A stretch of 53,820 nt of DNA, taken from the IMG/VR virus record IMGVR_UViG_3300025671_012102, positions 1 through 53,820 of that record. One strand, written 5' to 3'. Positions within the stretch are counted from its first letter, which is position 1. Every line of letters begins with the position of its first letter. The stretch is from a virus (taxonomy: Duplodnaviria; Caudoviricetes). A program made the position numbers and the translations under genes. Shown piece after piece: positions 8,965 to 17,634 of this stretch. Below the pieces are notes generated by a model. It made no database searches, had not been told where the DNA came from, and worked only from the letters and a program-made list of their open reading frames with translations.

Positions 8965-9181
8965 GACTGTTTACCTTCTTGGGTTTGGTTGGTTTCTTTT
9001 TAACGCCTGTACTGGCTCGACCGTTGATTGTGAACTCAGAACGTCGCTTGCCTGTTAGTGCGTCTTGGCCGCTTTCGCCTGATGGGATAACAGTCACACT
9101 TTGTTTGGCTAAAAACGCCTCAACATCACGCGCGATATTGGCGCGTAATGTTTCGTGTCTTGGGTTGATTGAGTCGCGCAT
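8957..9181 (-). CDS. Small protein resembling the SutA RNAP-binding domain
   Basis: [15 protein letters not shown]...VIPSGESG resembles the SutA-type helix; overlaps the ssb start. Confidence 0.5.
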   Translation of the reverse strand: MRDSINPRHETLRANIARDVEAFLAKQSVTVIPSGESGQDALTGKRRSEFTINGRASTGVKKKPTKPKKVNSHG

Positions 9182-9189
9182 TATTCACC

Positions 9190-9378
9190 TCACGCTGTTG
9201 CTGCGGCTTTCTGGTTTTGAATGCGAAGATAGATTTCTTCGCGGTGCACAGAAATTTGCTTAGGTGCGGTGATACCAAGGCGAACTTGGTTTCCTTTGAC
9301 ACCCAACACAGTGACTTGGATCTCTGCGTTATCGCCAATCATTAGTGATTCGCCTGAATTACGAGTAAGTACCAACAT
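9190..9378 (-). CDS. csrA: Carbon storage regulator CsrA/RsmA (phage-encoded)
   Basis: [14 protein letters not shown]...[26 protein letters not shown]. Confidence 0.95.
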   Translation of the reverse strand: MLVLTRNSGESLMIGDNAEIQVTVLGVKGNQVRLGITAPKQISVHREEIYLRIQNQKAAATA

Positions 9379-9424
9379 GGTTAAATTCCTTCTTTAAAAT
9401 GGATAGAGTAGAGCGGGGAGAGTT

Positions 9425-10609
9425 TTAGAACTGGTTCCAAACGTAAACGCGACCAGAAGCACCATCGGCAATGGCCACGCGTCCTTGATTTTTCGTCCAA
9501 ACGTCAACGAGAGTGCCTTGGTTTGCGCTTGCAGATAAAGCAGCCTGAAACGCTTCTTCTCTCGATGTATGCACTCGATTTAACATTTCCATTGAGCCGT
9601 TTGGTGTGAATATTACGTCCACCTGTTCGGCTTGGTGCTGCACTGGCGCTGGTTGCTGCATCGCTCTTAGCTGCTGTTCCATATGGTTAATATTGCGCAA
9701 CTCTTCGCTGTGATTGCCTTCTGCATACGGCAAAGCTTCTTTAGCTTGCTTGATTCGCACTTGTAATTGTTCCTCTTTGGCGGGAGGGGCAAATCGTTGC
9801 GGCACTGGATCGGCTTGCTGTACGGGTTCTGGCGCGGCTTCTTGCTGTGCTCGCTGCTGTTCTTCTGCCACCTGGCGACGTGTCGCTTCTTCTGTTGCGG
9901 CTTGGCGTTTTAGCTCTGAAGTCATCATGTGAGCGAGTTTTCCAGCATAGGATGCTTCAGTATCAAACAAGAAGCTTTCAACGTGCTCGCGGGTAAGTGG
10001 TGCTTTCAAGCCTTCTTTATAAGACTGGTTTTCAAGCATCAAAAGGCGCTTTTCAGTCTGGTCCTGCAATCGACGATTGTTGTCGATTAGTGATTGAAGA
10101 TCACGCAATGTCGTTGACGTTAAGCTGTCTTTTGCGGTGAGGGCGGTTAACTTGACCAGCTTATCAATAGGGGCGTCACGGAACTCTTCGGCCACTTCAA
10201 GGTTATCCCATAGCTCTAGGCGCTTGGCTTCAATTGCATTGCGCACAACAACCTTGCGCTCGTCTTCAAACTTTTTGATTTGAGCGGTGAGCTTCTCGCG
10301 TGACTCTAGAATCTCGGTCACGATGTCGGCCACTTCTAAACCAAGATCATCAACTGGCTTTGTCACTAGTGCGGCCGCTTCTTTAAATCGATCCTTTAGT
10401 GACTTGGCTTGGCCGTTTAGATCTGCGGCCAATGCTTTGGCGTCTTTCACTGTGTCTACGGTAACAACGAGGTCGTATTTCTTTAACTCGTTGCGAATGT
10501 TTTGGCGAAATTCCTGCAAGTTGAATTGGATTTTTGCAGGGACGGAAGAAAGCAAAACCAACTCGGTGGTTGGTGCTTGGGTTTCGGTTTGTAGTGCTGC
10601 GTTAGACAT
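9425..10609 (-). CDS. DUF1351-like coiled-coil phage protein
   Basis: Long helical protein (KYDLVVTVDTVKDAKALAADLN) within the recombination module. Confidence 0.55.
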   Translation of the reverse strand: MSNAALQTETQAPTTELVLLSSVPAKIQFNLQEFRQNIRNELKKYDLVVTVDTVKDAKALAADLNGQAKSLKDRFKEAAALVTKPVDDLGLEVADIVTEILESREKLTAQIKKFEDERKVVVRNAIEAKRLELWDNLEVAEEFRDAPIDKLVKLTALTAKDSLTSTTLRDLQSLIDNNRRLQDQTEKRLLMLENQSYKEGLKAPLTREHVESFLFDTEASYAGKLAHMMTSELKRQAATEEATRRQVAEEQQRAQQEAAPEPVQQADPVPQRFAPPAKEEQLQVRIKQAKEALPYAEGNHSEELRNINHMEQQLRAMQQPAPVQHQAEQVDVIFTPNGSMEMLNRVHTSREEAFQAALSASANQGTLVDVWTKNQGRVAIADGASGRVYVWNQF

Positions 10610-10628
10610 GGTTAGTGCTCCTGATTTG

Positions 10629-11513
10629 CTAATTAGTTTTCAAGCTGCTTTTGAGGCTTGTGGTTTTAGATTGGCTTTCTTCTTTGCCGCCAAAGTAATC
10701 ACTGACTCTGGCACCTTGTTTGATGGCGTTGAATACGCCAAAGAGTTCGGCTAAATCATCAACGCTGCAATCATCGACGCTGTGGCCGATGTAGGCGGTG
10801 ATCTGATCGGGCTTTATGCCAAACTCGCCAAACTCCACAACCATCTGACTTATTTTTGAACTCATTGATTGGGTGTTATTGCCAGATAACGTTCTACGGC
10901 ATTCAGCTAGCCCCAATTCAATGAACGTTTTTGGTACGATTGCCAGAATTCTGCCTCGCATTTGTTTGCTGGCAATGTTGGCTATGCGGTTATCAATATC
11001 AGCTTGATCTACGAGTGGGCGTGTTTTCTTTTGCTTTGTTCTTTTGTCTGTAAAGTCGAGGATATGCTCGACAGTTATTTGACGCTTGCTGTAGTTGTTT
11101 TTCTCCTTGTCCCATGCGTAGACCTCAATTTCTGATTTCCCTTTGCTACGTGACAGCTCGCGGTGTCCGTATTCAAAATTGCCGTAACATCGAGCAACTT
11201 CTTCAGCAAAACGAATAGAGGGGCCACTACCGCGATTAGGTACCGAGTAGAAAGCAGACTTCGCGAAATCCCAGTTTTTGCAGGCTTCAATCAATTCGCT
11301 TAATGCTTCGCTGTTTGAGCGAGGGAACATTTTTGCTAGCTGGATTTGGCTGCGAGCTTCAGCAATAGCGCGCTGCTGTTCAATTGCAATCGAACCAGTG
11401 TTGGCACTTTCGTTTTGGACTTGGGGTGGTGCTTGGTTGAAGGGGTTGGAGTGGTTTTGCTGTGCTGTGTTTTGCGGATAACGGTTTTGATCTTGATATA
11501 TTCCATTATTCAT
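10629..11513 (-). CDS. Putative single-strand annealing/recombination protein
   Basis: AKMFPRS and GPSIRFAEEVARCYGN motifs; adjacent to the exonuclease. Function inferred from position. Confidence 0.55.
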   Translation of the reverse strand: MNNGIYQDQNRYPQNTAQQNHSNPFNQAPPQVQNESANTGSIAIEQQRAIAEARSQIQLAKMFPRSNSEALSELIEACKNWDFAKSAFYSVPNRGSGPSIRFAEEVARCYGNFEYGHRELSRSKGKSEIEVYAWDKEKNNYSKRQITVEHILDFTDKRTKQKKTRPLVDQADIDNRIANIASKQMRGRILAIVPKTFIELGLAECRRTLSGNNTQSMSSKISQMVVEFGEFGIKPDQITAYIGHSVDDCSVDDLAELFGVFNAIKQGARVSDYFGGKEESQSKTTSLKSSLKTN

Positions 11514-11520
11514 AACTTAC

Positions 11521-12492
11521 TCACTTCGCCCAATGTGGGCGCTCTAATGTTCGTACATGCAGCCAATCGTCATTGCGTCGGCAATAAGCATATGTTTGGA
11601 GGTTTTCACGGTATTTTTCATACCCAATCTCTTTCCATTCGTCCGATAGCTGGACTACCTCGACTTCATATTTTCCAGCGCTCACAACGTCACTTACACA
11701 AAGAAACCAAAGGTCAGGACGTATTCCAAAGTGTTGAAAGTAACCGTCCGTGTACATTGCGTACTGCACGTGGTAGCGAAACTCTTCTACATGGCGCTCA
11801 AATCGATCAAGACCTGCCACTTTCTTTACATCGATAAGAATAGGTCTGTCATAAAAATCGAACTTCCTGTCAGGGCGTACTCGGCACATTTCCTCAGTTT
11901 CTTTGTCTTGCCAGAATATCGATGCTTCGTTGTAGCCGTCGGCCTCGAAAATCATTCTTGCAACGGGATGGGCAAACACAGATTCACGCATAATTTGAAG
12001 CTTTCGATTTTCTTCAAATGTCATGATTGTGCGATCGGCATTTTCCTCTTTGAATTGCGCCCATTTCGCTTTATCCACGTTGGTGCGCAAGTTGAGCTCT
12101 GGCGCGATAACAAATTGCTCGCTGAACTTTTCAGGCTCCAGAAGCAGGGTGTGAACAGCGGTGCCAAAATCTAAGGCAGATTCTTTTTCAACATCGCGCG
12201 GTGCGTTCTTGGACCAAATCAACTGACTTGGGTTTTTGTCGATCCAGTCCAATCCAGATTTTGAAATGCTGTCGTCGCGGTGGTAGTCGCGATTGCTGAG
12301 GTCGTAGTAAATGCCCGGTGCAATGCCAGAAGTAGTTCGAGGCTCAACGTACAGAGTGTCTTCATCTTCGAAGTCATCAAACTGTGGTGCCTGAAAGTGT
12401 GCAGCTTGCGAAAGCGGCAATTCGGCTTGCGTGTGAGCATCACCGAAAAGGTCAAACGGGTTTTGTTGTGCTGCTATGTTCATCGAGTCCAT
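11521..12492 (-). CDS. RecE/exonuclease VIII-like PD-(D/E)XK nuclease (DUF3799)
   Basis: PGIYYDLSN.DYH, ISKSGLD, GTAVH, CRVRPD, IDVKK, YHVQYAMY motifs. Confidence 0.85.
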   Translation of the reverse strand: MDSMNIAAQQNPFDLFGDAHTQAELPLSQAAHFQAPQFDDFEDEDTLYVEPRTTSGIAPGIYYDLSNRDYHRDDSISKSGLDWIDKNPSQLIWSKNAPRDVEKESALDFGTAVHTLLLEPEKFSEQFVIAPELNLRTNVDKAKWAQFKEENADRTIMTFEENRKLQIMRESVFAHPVARMIFEADGYNEASIFWQDKETEEMCRVRPDRKFDFYDRPILIDVKKVAGLDRFERHVEEFRYHVQYAMYTDGYFQHFGIRPDLWFLCVSDVVSAGKYEVEVVQLSDEWKEIGYEKYRENLQTYAYCRRNDDWLHVRTLERPHWAK

Positions 12493-12514
12493 CCGTCCCT
12501 AAAGGGGGTAAAGG

Positions 12515-12676
12515 TTAAAATTCATCAAGAAGTGGTCGAATCGCTTCTCGTACGTTTTGTTTGCGGTGAATCGCTATTGCGGCTGTACCAACAATCATGA
12601 ACAGCCAAGCGAAGATGAGAAGAAAACAAAGGCCTACAGAGAGGCCAATGAAAAACAATGCGTCTGCAGGTGCCAT
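12515..12676 (-). CDS. Small membrane protein (53 aa)
   Basis: Read manually: AGGAGG SD, MAPADALFFIGLSVGLCFLLIFAWLFMIVG... Confidence 0.6.
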   Translation of the reverse strand: MAPADALFFIGLSVGLCFLLIFAWLFMIVGTAAIAIHRKQNVREAIRPLLDEF

Positions 12677-12686
12677 TGATTACCTC

Positions 12687-12851
12687 CTAAGCGGTTGCCG
12701 TTTCTGGCCAGCCAACGCGCTTTTCGCTTACTCGTATTTGTTTGGGGAAAGTGTTTTCTTTGATTTTGCGGTAAATCGTCGTGCGAGCTAACGTTGTGCG
12801 TCGCTCCACTTCTTTGCGATTCAATACCGTAACAGGTTTGTTTTCGCTCAT
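12687..12851 (-). CDS. AlpA-family regulator (short C-terminus)
   Basis: LNRKEVERRTTLARTTIYRKIKENTFPKQIRVSEKRVGW; AGGAGG SD. Confidence 0.8.
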   Translation of the reverse strand: MSENKPVTVLNRKEVERRTTLARTTIYRKIKENTFPKQIRVSEKRVGWPETATA

Positions 12852-13046
12852 ATTGTCCTCCTGTGGTTTTCTGGCTGCGCACTCATGGAATGCGTACTCA
12901 GAAAAAAACATGGTTAAACATGCCCATCACACCTATCCCCATATTCAGAGGGGGATTCGGTCACAGCTCGCACCTATGGTTTATCGCCTTACATGGCAAC
13001 TCGGTGGTCTTTGCTGGAGCGGTTCGCCGCTTCGATGAGATAATAA

Positions 13047-13086
13047 TGAACCAAAAGTACATTAAATGTAAAGTACTGAAAGTACA
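13047..13086. promoter_or_regulatory. OL operators (two sites) overlapping the leftward early promoter
   Basis: TGAAC-CAAAA-GTACA (13047-13061) and AGTAC-TGAAA-GTACA (13072-13086); consensus TGWAC-N5-GTWCA shared with OR. Confidence 0.75.
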
Positions 13087-13136
13087 TTATTTTGAGTGTT
13101 TTTTTAATTTATAAAAAAATCAAGAAGTTGTGGGCG

Positions 13137-13167
13137 AAAAAAAACCGCCTCGGTGGGCGGTTTTTTT
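13137..13167. terminator. Bidirectional terminator ending the cI operon
   Basis: A-run-CCGCC-TCGGTG-GGCGG-T-run. Confidence 0.8.
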
Positions 13168-13245
13168 GGGGTGTTGGAAGAGTTTTTTTGGCATGATTTA
13201 CTAAAAAGGTGGTTGTCGAGTTGGTGAATTGCTCTCAATAATACG

Positions 13246-13818
13246 CTAATAGTTTTTATCGAATTGGGTTAGTAGCCTTCGTATTGTGGTAATAATGTTT
13301 GTATTACAGTTTTCCCAAGAATCGAAGTTGGCTGGGCAAAAAATTAAAGTACTACGATTCCATACAGTGGCGTAATCAGGATGGATTGGGATATCTAGCA
13401 CTTCCTGAACGTCTAATTGGAAATCTCTACGAAGTGATACAGCCTCTTTGACGCTTAAGCCAATCTGATAAACTTCATCGTCAGCATCTGAAAATAAAAA
13501 TCTAAACGACCACTGAAGTTGCGTTGGATGGCTGCATGTGATTATTGATTGCGGCCCTCCGACCAAATCCTTCATAGAATTAATGCATTCAATTTTGGCG
13601 TTATCTCCAGAGTAATGCTGAATGCTATTTCTAGCAAAGCTCAAAAGTGTAAGGTCTTGTACTAGATTTATATGATCGATACCGATCTCTCTCTCTTTAT
13701 TTAGGGACTCAATGTAAGTGATGGTTGCCACCTTTATAGGGCTTTCTCGGCTATCTGCAAGCGCTTTCGAGTATGAGAGATTAATTGCTGCAAGAGTTAA
13801 GAGTAATGCAATTTTCAT
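13246..13818 (-). CDS. Exported hypothetical protein downstream of cI
   Basis: Signal-peptide-like N-terminus; lies 15 nt after the cI stop. Confidence 0.7.
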   Translation of the reverse strand: MKIALLLTLAAINLSYSKALADSRESPIKVATITYIESLNKEREIGIDHINLVQDLTLLSFARNSIQHYSGDNAKIECINSMKDLVGGPQSIITCSHPTQLQWSFRFLFSDADDEVYQIGLSVKEAVSLRRDFQLDVQEVLDIPIHPDYATVWNRSTLIFCPANFDSWENCNTNIITTIRRLLTQFDKNY

Positions 13819-13833
13819 TTCATCTATCCCTAT

Positions 13834-14556
13834 CTAAAGTATTGCTGAATACCAAAAAACCCGCCCGATAATGCGAATGTCTTTAGCTTCCTCCCCACTA
13901 ATTTCTTCATCTTGATAATCAGGGTTGGCTGATCTAATCCGCAAACCATTAAATGGCATACGATAAAGAAATTTTACCCGTAGCATGCCTCCGTGATTGA
14001 TGGCATACACTTTTCCATCTTTGATGTGTATGTCACTTGTATCCAATCCAACCGTTGCTCCATCTGGCAGCATAGGCTCCATACTATCACCACTAACCCT
14101 ACAGCATGCAGCCCTTGATGGAGCAACACCGGCACTTGATAAAGTTGATAAATTAAATCTCATTTGCTGTGTTGCTATTTCTGAAACGCTGTTAAATCCA
14201 TTTCCAGCAGATAGCTCGACTTCCGTAAAGAAAGGCACTTCTATTTCGTCATAATGAAGGGGCTCATCACTTTCGTAGACGTCAATATGACCAAGGTCGA
14301 TCGAATAATGGCTGCTTTTCTCTTGTACACTTGGGAATTTGACTTCACCTTCTCCAAAAGCTAACCACTCCGATCTCACGCCAGTGACTTTACAAATTAT
14401 TTCTAACTTTTCTCGTCTAGGTTGTGATTCACCATTAAGCCATTTGTTTGCAGCTTTCACTGTGGTGCCTGTTTGTTTTGCTAGCCATGCGCCAGCTCCA
14501 TGTCGTTCTACATTGATCAAGCGTAATGCTGTCATGAGGCGCTCTGGAAAAGACAA
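13834..14556 (-). CDS. cI: CI-like repressor (HTH plus S24 autopeptidase)
   Basis: N-terminal HTH, VSGDSMEP (Ser) and LRVKFL (Lys) S24 motifs. TTG start at 14556 chosen from the AAGGTGG SD. Confidence 0.92.
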   Translation of the reverse strand: MSFPERLMTALRLINVERHGAGAWLAKQTGTTVKAANKWLNGESQPRREKLEIICKVTGVRSEWLAFGEGEVKFPSVQEKSSHYSIDLGHIDVYESDEPLHYDEIEVPFFTEVELSAGNGFNSVSEIATQQMRFNLSTLSSAGVAPSRAACCRVSGDSMEPMLPDGATVGLDTSDIHIKDGKVYAINHGGMLRVKFLYRMPFNGLRIRSANPDYQDEEISGEEAKDIRIIGRVFWYSAIL

Positions 14557-14576
14557 TATAACCACCTTTCGTTTTA

Positions 14577-14648
14577 TGTACTTAAAGTTCAATTGTCGTT
14601 AACTATTGCAGAATTGTCAGTTCATATTTAATATGTACTAAAAGTACA
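14577..14648. promoter_or_regulatory. OR operators (three sites) between cI and cro
   Basis: TGTAC-TTAAA-GTTCA (14577-14591), AGAAT-TGTCA-GTTCA (14610-14624), TGTAC-TAAAA-GTACA (14634-14648). Confidence 0.78.
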
Positions 14649-14663
14649 TTAAAGGTCATTAAA

Positions 14664-14897
14664 ATGAACTCACTGAAAGAAGCAATAAACCTTATTGAAG
14701 GCGGAGTGCCTAAAGCTGCTGATGTATGCGGTGTAAGTGTTCGTGCTGTTTATAAATGGCTAGACCGAAACCGATTACCACGAACTGAATATACCGGTGA
14801 AACCAACTATGCCAAAAAACTAGAAGCTGCCAGTAATGGAGCTGTTAGTGCAAAAATTTTATTAGATTTTACCAAAACGCCCACAGAGGCGGCTTAA
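14664..14897 (+). CDS. cro: Cro-like repressor
   Basis: HTH AADVCGVSVRAVYKW and LPRTEYTGETNYA; divergent from cI. Confidence 0.85.
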   Translation: MNSLKEAINLIEGGVPKAADVCGVSVRAVYKWLDRNRLPRTEYTGETNYAKKLEAASNGAVSAKILLDFTKTPTEAA

Positions 14898-14918
14898 CCC
14901 AAAAAACAGGAGCTACTT

Positions 14919-15146
14919 ATGCCAGCAGCTAAACCACTAGATCAGCAACACATACATGACTACCGCCCACGTTTCACTGATGAGGTGCATAGGAAAATAT
15001 TGCAGCTCACAGCCGAGTTAACACGACTCAATGGGGGTGAACCTGTCCCTAAAAATGTCGTACTTCGTGCTTTAGCAGAGCGACAAATTCAACGTTTACG
15101 CCAAAGCGATTTAAACGAGATCTTAACGTCTATCCACGTCAGCTAG
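14919..15146 (+). CDS. Small putative DNA-binding protein in the cII position
   Basis: AGGAG SD; possible ribbon-helix-helix pattern; position after cro. Confidence 0.55.
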   Translation: MPAAKPLDQQHIHDYRPRFTDEVHRKILQLTAELTRLNGGEPVPKNVVLRALAERQIQRLRQSDLNEILTSIHVS

Positions 15147-15166
15147 AAGGGACGAAGGGGGATATT

Positions 15167-15388
15167 TTGAGCAATGAAACACAGCCCTTGTTAGTGCAAG
15201 TAAGTGACGAGTATGCGGAGGTGTTGGATTCGTTCGCTAGTGCGACGGATCAAACGCCAACGGAAGCAATGGAGCTGCTTGTTAAAGACAGCTTGGAAGA
15301 GGCTTTACGAGATCCGAGCTTCTTGCTCGATCTTCTTGAAGACTGCCAGGTATTAATGGGTAAAAAAGAGCCTCTTGTTCTTCATTAG
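15167..15388 (+). CDS. Small hypothetical protein (possible ribbon-helix-helix)
   Basis: TTG start with GGGGGA SD; beta-alpha-alpha-like pattern. Confidence 0.5.
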   Translation: MSNETQPLLVQVSDEYAEVLDSFASATDQTPTEAMELLVKDSLEEALRDPSFLLDLLEDCQVLMGKKEPLVLH

Positions 15389-15490
15389 AGGGACTAGGGG
15401 AAATTGGAGCCAATAAAAAAGCCCGGGTGGCCGCCCGAGCTTCTTAACGGTTTCGTATGCAAATAAAACCGTATTTCTAAGGAATTTAGT

Positions 15491-15640
15491 ATGCAAATTA
15501 AACAGATGTTTTTCAAGTCAATTCGCAGTTTATCGGCATTTTTTATGTTTTGGGCGCCATGTTCGCTGGCATTTAAGGCGCACTTTTGGGCGTGTAAAAA
15601 ATTAGATCGTCAGCAAGTGACTAAGGCGGTGGTGTTATGA
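15491..15640 (+). CDS. Small hypothetical protein (49 aa)
   Basis: AAGGA SD; stop overlaps the next start (ATGA). Confidence 0.4.
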   Translation: MQIKQMFFKSIRSLSAFFMFWAPCSLAFKAHFWACKKLDRQQVTKAVVL

Positions 15641-15912
15641 GTATGCAACTTCTTCAAACTGTTATGAGCACTCAATTTGATAATCCAAAATACAAGTTGA
15701 TGCTTGCCCAAATGGCCCATGATGCGGACGAAAATGATACGTGTCATACAGCTATTGGTGATATTGCCAAGCAGTGCTGCCTAAATCTTGGAAAGACTTT
15801 TCAGTGTATTCAAGACCTTGAGCAAGCGGGGTATATCAAGATCGAGAAAAACATCAGAGACGTTTGTTTCAAATTAAACCCTGCCCGTATATCAGAGAAA
15901 GGGGCTCATTAG
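15637..15912 (+). CDS. Stand-alone winged-HTH protein similar to the initiator N-terminus
   Basis: KLMLAQMAHDADENDTC...DLEQAGYI aligns with the downstream O-like HTH. Confidence 0.7.
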   Translation: MSMQLLQTVMSTQFDNPKYKLMLAQMAHDADENDTCHTAIGDIAKQCCLNLGKTFQCIQDLEQAGYIKIEKNIRDVCFKLNPARISEKGAH

Positions 15913-15914
15913 TA

Positions 15915-16712
15915 ATGAGTGTAGATGCAACGCGTTGGGCTTGGTTAGCAAGCCCAGCCAAATCGTCTGAATTGCTTGTGCTGCTTTCAATGGCAGATAG
16001 AGCGGGAGAAGACCACACTTGTTGGCCTTCCATAGCTCGTATGGTCAAAGACACAAAGCTGAATGAGAAAACAGTTAATACGGCGCTTAAGGGACTTGTT
16101 GAGCAAGGTTTGATTTGTGATACCGGTCGAAGAGTTGGAAATACTGGTCGTGTAAAAGTGTATCAGTTAGTTGGTGTCTTAGGCCGTGACGAGCAGTTAG
16201 AAAAGACAGCAAGACCTAAAAAGAAGGGAAAAAAGAATACACCCGAAATAGGGGGGATTAAATCTAATACCCCCAAAAACGGAATACTTCCAATTTTACC
16301 GTCTAATACCCCCGAAATTGGGGGGACTAAATACCCCCAAAATAGGGGGTCAGAACCTATCACTTTAGAACCTAACAAAGAACCTAACACTTCTTTGAGT
16401 TCGCCTCCGGCAAACGCCTCAACAAAAACCAAACAGTCTTGTGTATTTCCAAAAGACTTTGCGGTTGATCAAACCATGGTGAATTGGCTGAACGAAAAGG
16501 GGATTACCGCACCTTGGCAACTCGAAACGGAAAAGTTTGCTAATCACCACATTGCCAAAGGTTCACTTTTCAAGGATTGGCGAGCGGCATGGCGAACGTG
16601 GATGTTGAACTCAATTAAATATCAGGTTCCAGCTCAACAGCAGGCAGCAATTAAAACTGGACGACAGGGTGTACAAGACGCGCTTGGCAACATTGATGAC
16701 ACGGATTGGTGA
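15915..16712 (+). CDS. Replication initiator (lambda O-like HTH protein)
   Basis: LLVLLSMADRA...CWPSI HTH, internal iterons, DWRAAWRTW C-terminal domain, DDTDW terminus. Confidence 0.85.
   Translation: MSVDATRWAWLASPAKSSELLVLLSMADRAGEDHTCWPSIARMVKDTKLNEKTVNTALKGLVEQGLICDTGRRVGNTGRVKVYQLVGVLGRDEQLEKTARPKKKGKKNTPEIGGIKSNTPKNGILPILPSNTPEIGGTKYPQNRGSEPITLEPNKEPNTSLSSPPANASTKTKQSCVFPKDFAVDQTMVNWLNEKGITAPWQLETEKFANHHIAKGSLFKDWRAAWRTWMLNSIKYQVPAQQQAAIKTGRQGVQDALGNIDDTDW
16236..16350 (+). repeat. Replication origin iterons (four copies)
   Basis: AATAC(A/C)CCC(G/A)AAA(T)-GGGG-like units starting at 16236, 16266, 16305 and 16330 inside the initiator gene. Confidence 0.8.
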
Positions 16713-16727
16713 GGTGGTAAATGGGTT

Positions 16728-17060
16728 TTACGGTTTGGAAACGGCTTCGTCAAAGGTATCACCAAATTCTTTATCTTCCTCGTAGTTAGGGTTCAGGTGA
16801 TGGAGGTCAGCTAAAAGCTCAGCGTTTTTAGATTTAAGTGTTTTTAATTCAGTTTTATAAGAGTGGAGAGAGAAAAATGACCGTACTAGAACTGCTGTTA
16901 TTCCTGTTATTAACCAAAACAATTGCAGATAACTCAACTCACCTAATAGACGGGCCCCAAGATCTTGAAGAAGATACGAAATTGCACCCCAAATCAGGAC
17001 ACCACATAACGTTCGGGTATGTTTCTCGGTTTGTATTAATAAATGCTTCATCGGCAACAA
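16728..17060 (-). CDS. Two-TM membrane protein (moron, opposite strand)
   Basis: Two hydrophobic helices and a coiled-coil/acidic tail; start codon uncertain. Confidence 0.55.
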   Translation of the reverse strand: MLPMKHLLIQTEKHTRTLCGVLIWGAISYLLQDLGARLLGELSYLQLFWLITGITAVLVRSFFSLHSYKTELKTLKSKNAELLADLHHLNPNYEEDKEFGDTFDEAVSKP

Positions 17061-17232
17061 TATCCTATTCAGTTGTTAAGTTAGGGATGTCTATAGCTCT
17101 AATGCTTGGGATACAGCCAGCGTAGGTTATCGCACATTTATTGATCAAAAAAGTATTTTAAGGGACTCAGGGCAAGGGGCGTAGTGTCCCGAAAACCACG
17201 GACATTACGATTTGAATTGCAGGTGAAGCGGT

Positions 17233-17634
17233 ATGACAGAAAAGAAAACGGTTCAAGTATTGCCCAGTATTTTCAAAGGGCTTAGCAAGCAAGAGGTTGA
17301 TGAGTTGGCTAAATGCGCACCAATTGAAAGCTTACGAACTGAAAGATTGAAGCAGCGCTCGCTAGGTTTGCTAGATGATTTACGAAGAGACTTTGTAGAG
17401 GTCAGAAAGCACAACCCAGGGCGCAAACCAATTATTTTTCTTTCACAAAAATTTTATGACGATCTTTTTTGGGCGCGAAATCCATACCATGGAGTTTTGG
17501 ATGAAATAGAGGAGACAGGGACGCTATTTGGGGCTGATTTGAAAATATTTTTAGAGCCTCCGATGCGCAATATCAAAGATAGAAACTGTAAAGGTTATTA
17601 CATCCACTGCATGAACCCTACGGTGAGAAGATGA
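17233..17634 (+). CDS. Hypothetical phage protein
   Basis: AGGTG SD; ATGA overlap with ninB. Confidence 0.65.
   Translation: MTEKKTVQVLPSIFKGLSKQEVDELAKCAPIESLRTERLKQRSLGLLDDLRRDFVEVRKHNPGRKPIIFLSQKFYDDLFWARNPYHGVLDEIEETGTLFGADLKIFLEPPMRNIKDRNCKGYYIHCMNPTVRR

Noticed and set aside
8247-9058. Several long ORFs overlapping ssb
   Set aside because: Alternate-frame and antisense shadows of the Gln/Gly-rich SSB linker.
16236-16350. Short spaced repeats resembling a mini-CRISPR
   Set aside because: They lie inside the initiator gene with short irregular spacing and there are no cas genes; they are iterons.
16838-17125. 95-aa plus-strand ORF
   Set aside because: Overlaps the more plausible minus-strand membrane-protein gene and shows no similarity to a helicase loader.
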